In this document: positions 63,518 through 64,000 of the stretch, in pieces
Layout: each line of letters begins with the position of its first letter
How positions within the stretch are numbered: the stretch's first letter is position 1
Assembly (NCBI GenBank): GCA_010909165.1
Contig: VJWM01000203.1
Coordinates: forward strand, 186,001 to 250,000
DNA from: Anthoceros angustus
Taxonomy: Eukaryota; Plantae; Anthocerotophyta
Direction of reading: 5' to 3'
DNA length: 64,000 bases
Notes under the pieces: generated by a model
The model's input: the letters and a program-made list of their open reading frames with translations, nothing else
Database searches by the model: none
What the model was told of the DNA's origin: nothing
Made by a program: the position numbers and the translations under genes

Positions 63518-63648
63518 CCAGCCCTCTTGCTGACGACTTGGCCTCCCTGAAACTGTCATCAATCCTGTGAAGTGCGCGGTTGGCCCCTGCTGCGGTTGCT
63601 CCTGATGCTTCTGTTGACGCTGTGGTGAACATGACAATTCGAGGATGA

Positions 63649-64000
63649 TGTACTAGTTAAGCCTTAGAAAGAAGGAGAGAAGGAGAGAAAGCTGTGGGTT
63701 CCTTGGGTCTCGAGAGGAACGATGATAGATAGAGGCCTAGGACAATCCGCTGAAATTTGTATAGGGAGAAAAATTGTGGGTTCCTTAGGCCTCGTTCAGG
63801 GAGAAAAAGTTGTGGGTTCCTTGGACCTCGAGTGGGAATGATGTTAGACTGAGGAGAAAAGTCGTGGGCTTCTTGGGTCTCAATGGGAATGGGAATGGGA
63901 ATAGGAATGAGACGATCAGTAGGAATAGGAATTGGTAGATACCGATACACATATATAGGGAGAAAATAACCATGGCTTCCTTGGGCCTCGGCATTACGGC
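63649..64000. repeat. Start of a probable LTR/repeat running off the window
   Basis: Abrupt junction beginning TGTA, four to five imperfect gagaaaa-n-gtgggttccttgg-cctcg sub-repeats, and a tgggaa run. Confidence 0.5.

Noticed and set aside
1-64000. tRNA, rRNA or organelle-derived (NUMT/NUPT) segments; bacterial-type HGT origin of the Roco gene
   Set aside because: No cloverleaf or rRNA signatures were noticed by eye. The Roco gene shares TRN1-specific C-terminal motifs, favouring plant ancestry, although a phylogeny is needed to settle this.

Overview
Gene-dense land-plant nuclear DNA, most likely a hornwort (Anthoceros-like). This is inferred from the ~75-170 bp introns, PLS-class PPR genes with DYW:KP ('DRH-like') and DYW:WW domains, and elongated L motifs. 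The window has four zones. (1) 1-8.5 kb: a decayed Ty3/Gypsy LTR retrotransposon and small tandem duplications. (2) 9.8-26.8 kb: a clean block of six genes, namely a zinc-ribbon RING-H2 E3 ligase, a PPR-DYW:KP (candidate U-to-C editor), NSE1, ferrochelatase FC2, a PPR-E+ and CCS52/FZR. (3) 28-36 kb: a pogo/Fot1-like remnant, an inverted captured piece of CCS52, a second PPR-DYW:KP carrying an N-terminal OSB-type 'PDF' nucleic-acid-binding motif, and a ~1 kb degenerate inverted repeat. (4) 36-64 kb: a rearrangement zone with one full-length TORNADO1-like LRR-Roc-COR (Roco GTPase) gene and several shuffled paralogous fragments. These are interleaved with PPR fragments, a PPR-DYW:WW gene, broken LSF2 glucan-phosphatase copies and a CACTA-like end. 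Beyond ~29 kb most frameshifts are 1-nt losses in homopolymer runs and look like uncorrected long-read errors. The 55.1-58.2 kb patchwork may be an assembly artefact. The best leads are the OSB-PDF/PPR/DYW:KP fusion with its PDF-less paralogue nearby, and the birth-and-death TRN1-like Roco cluster.
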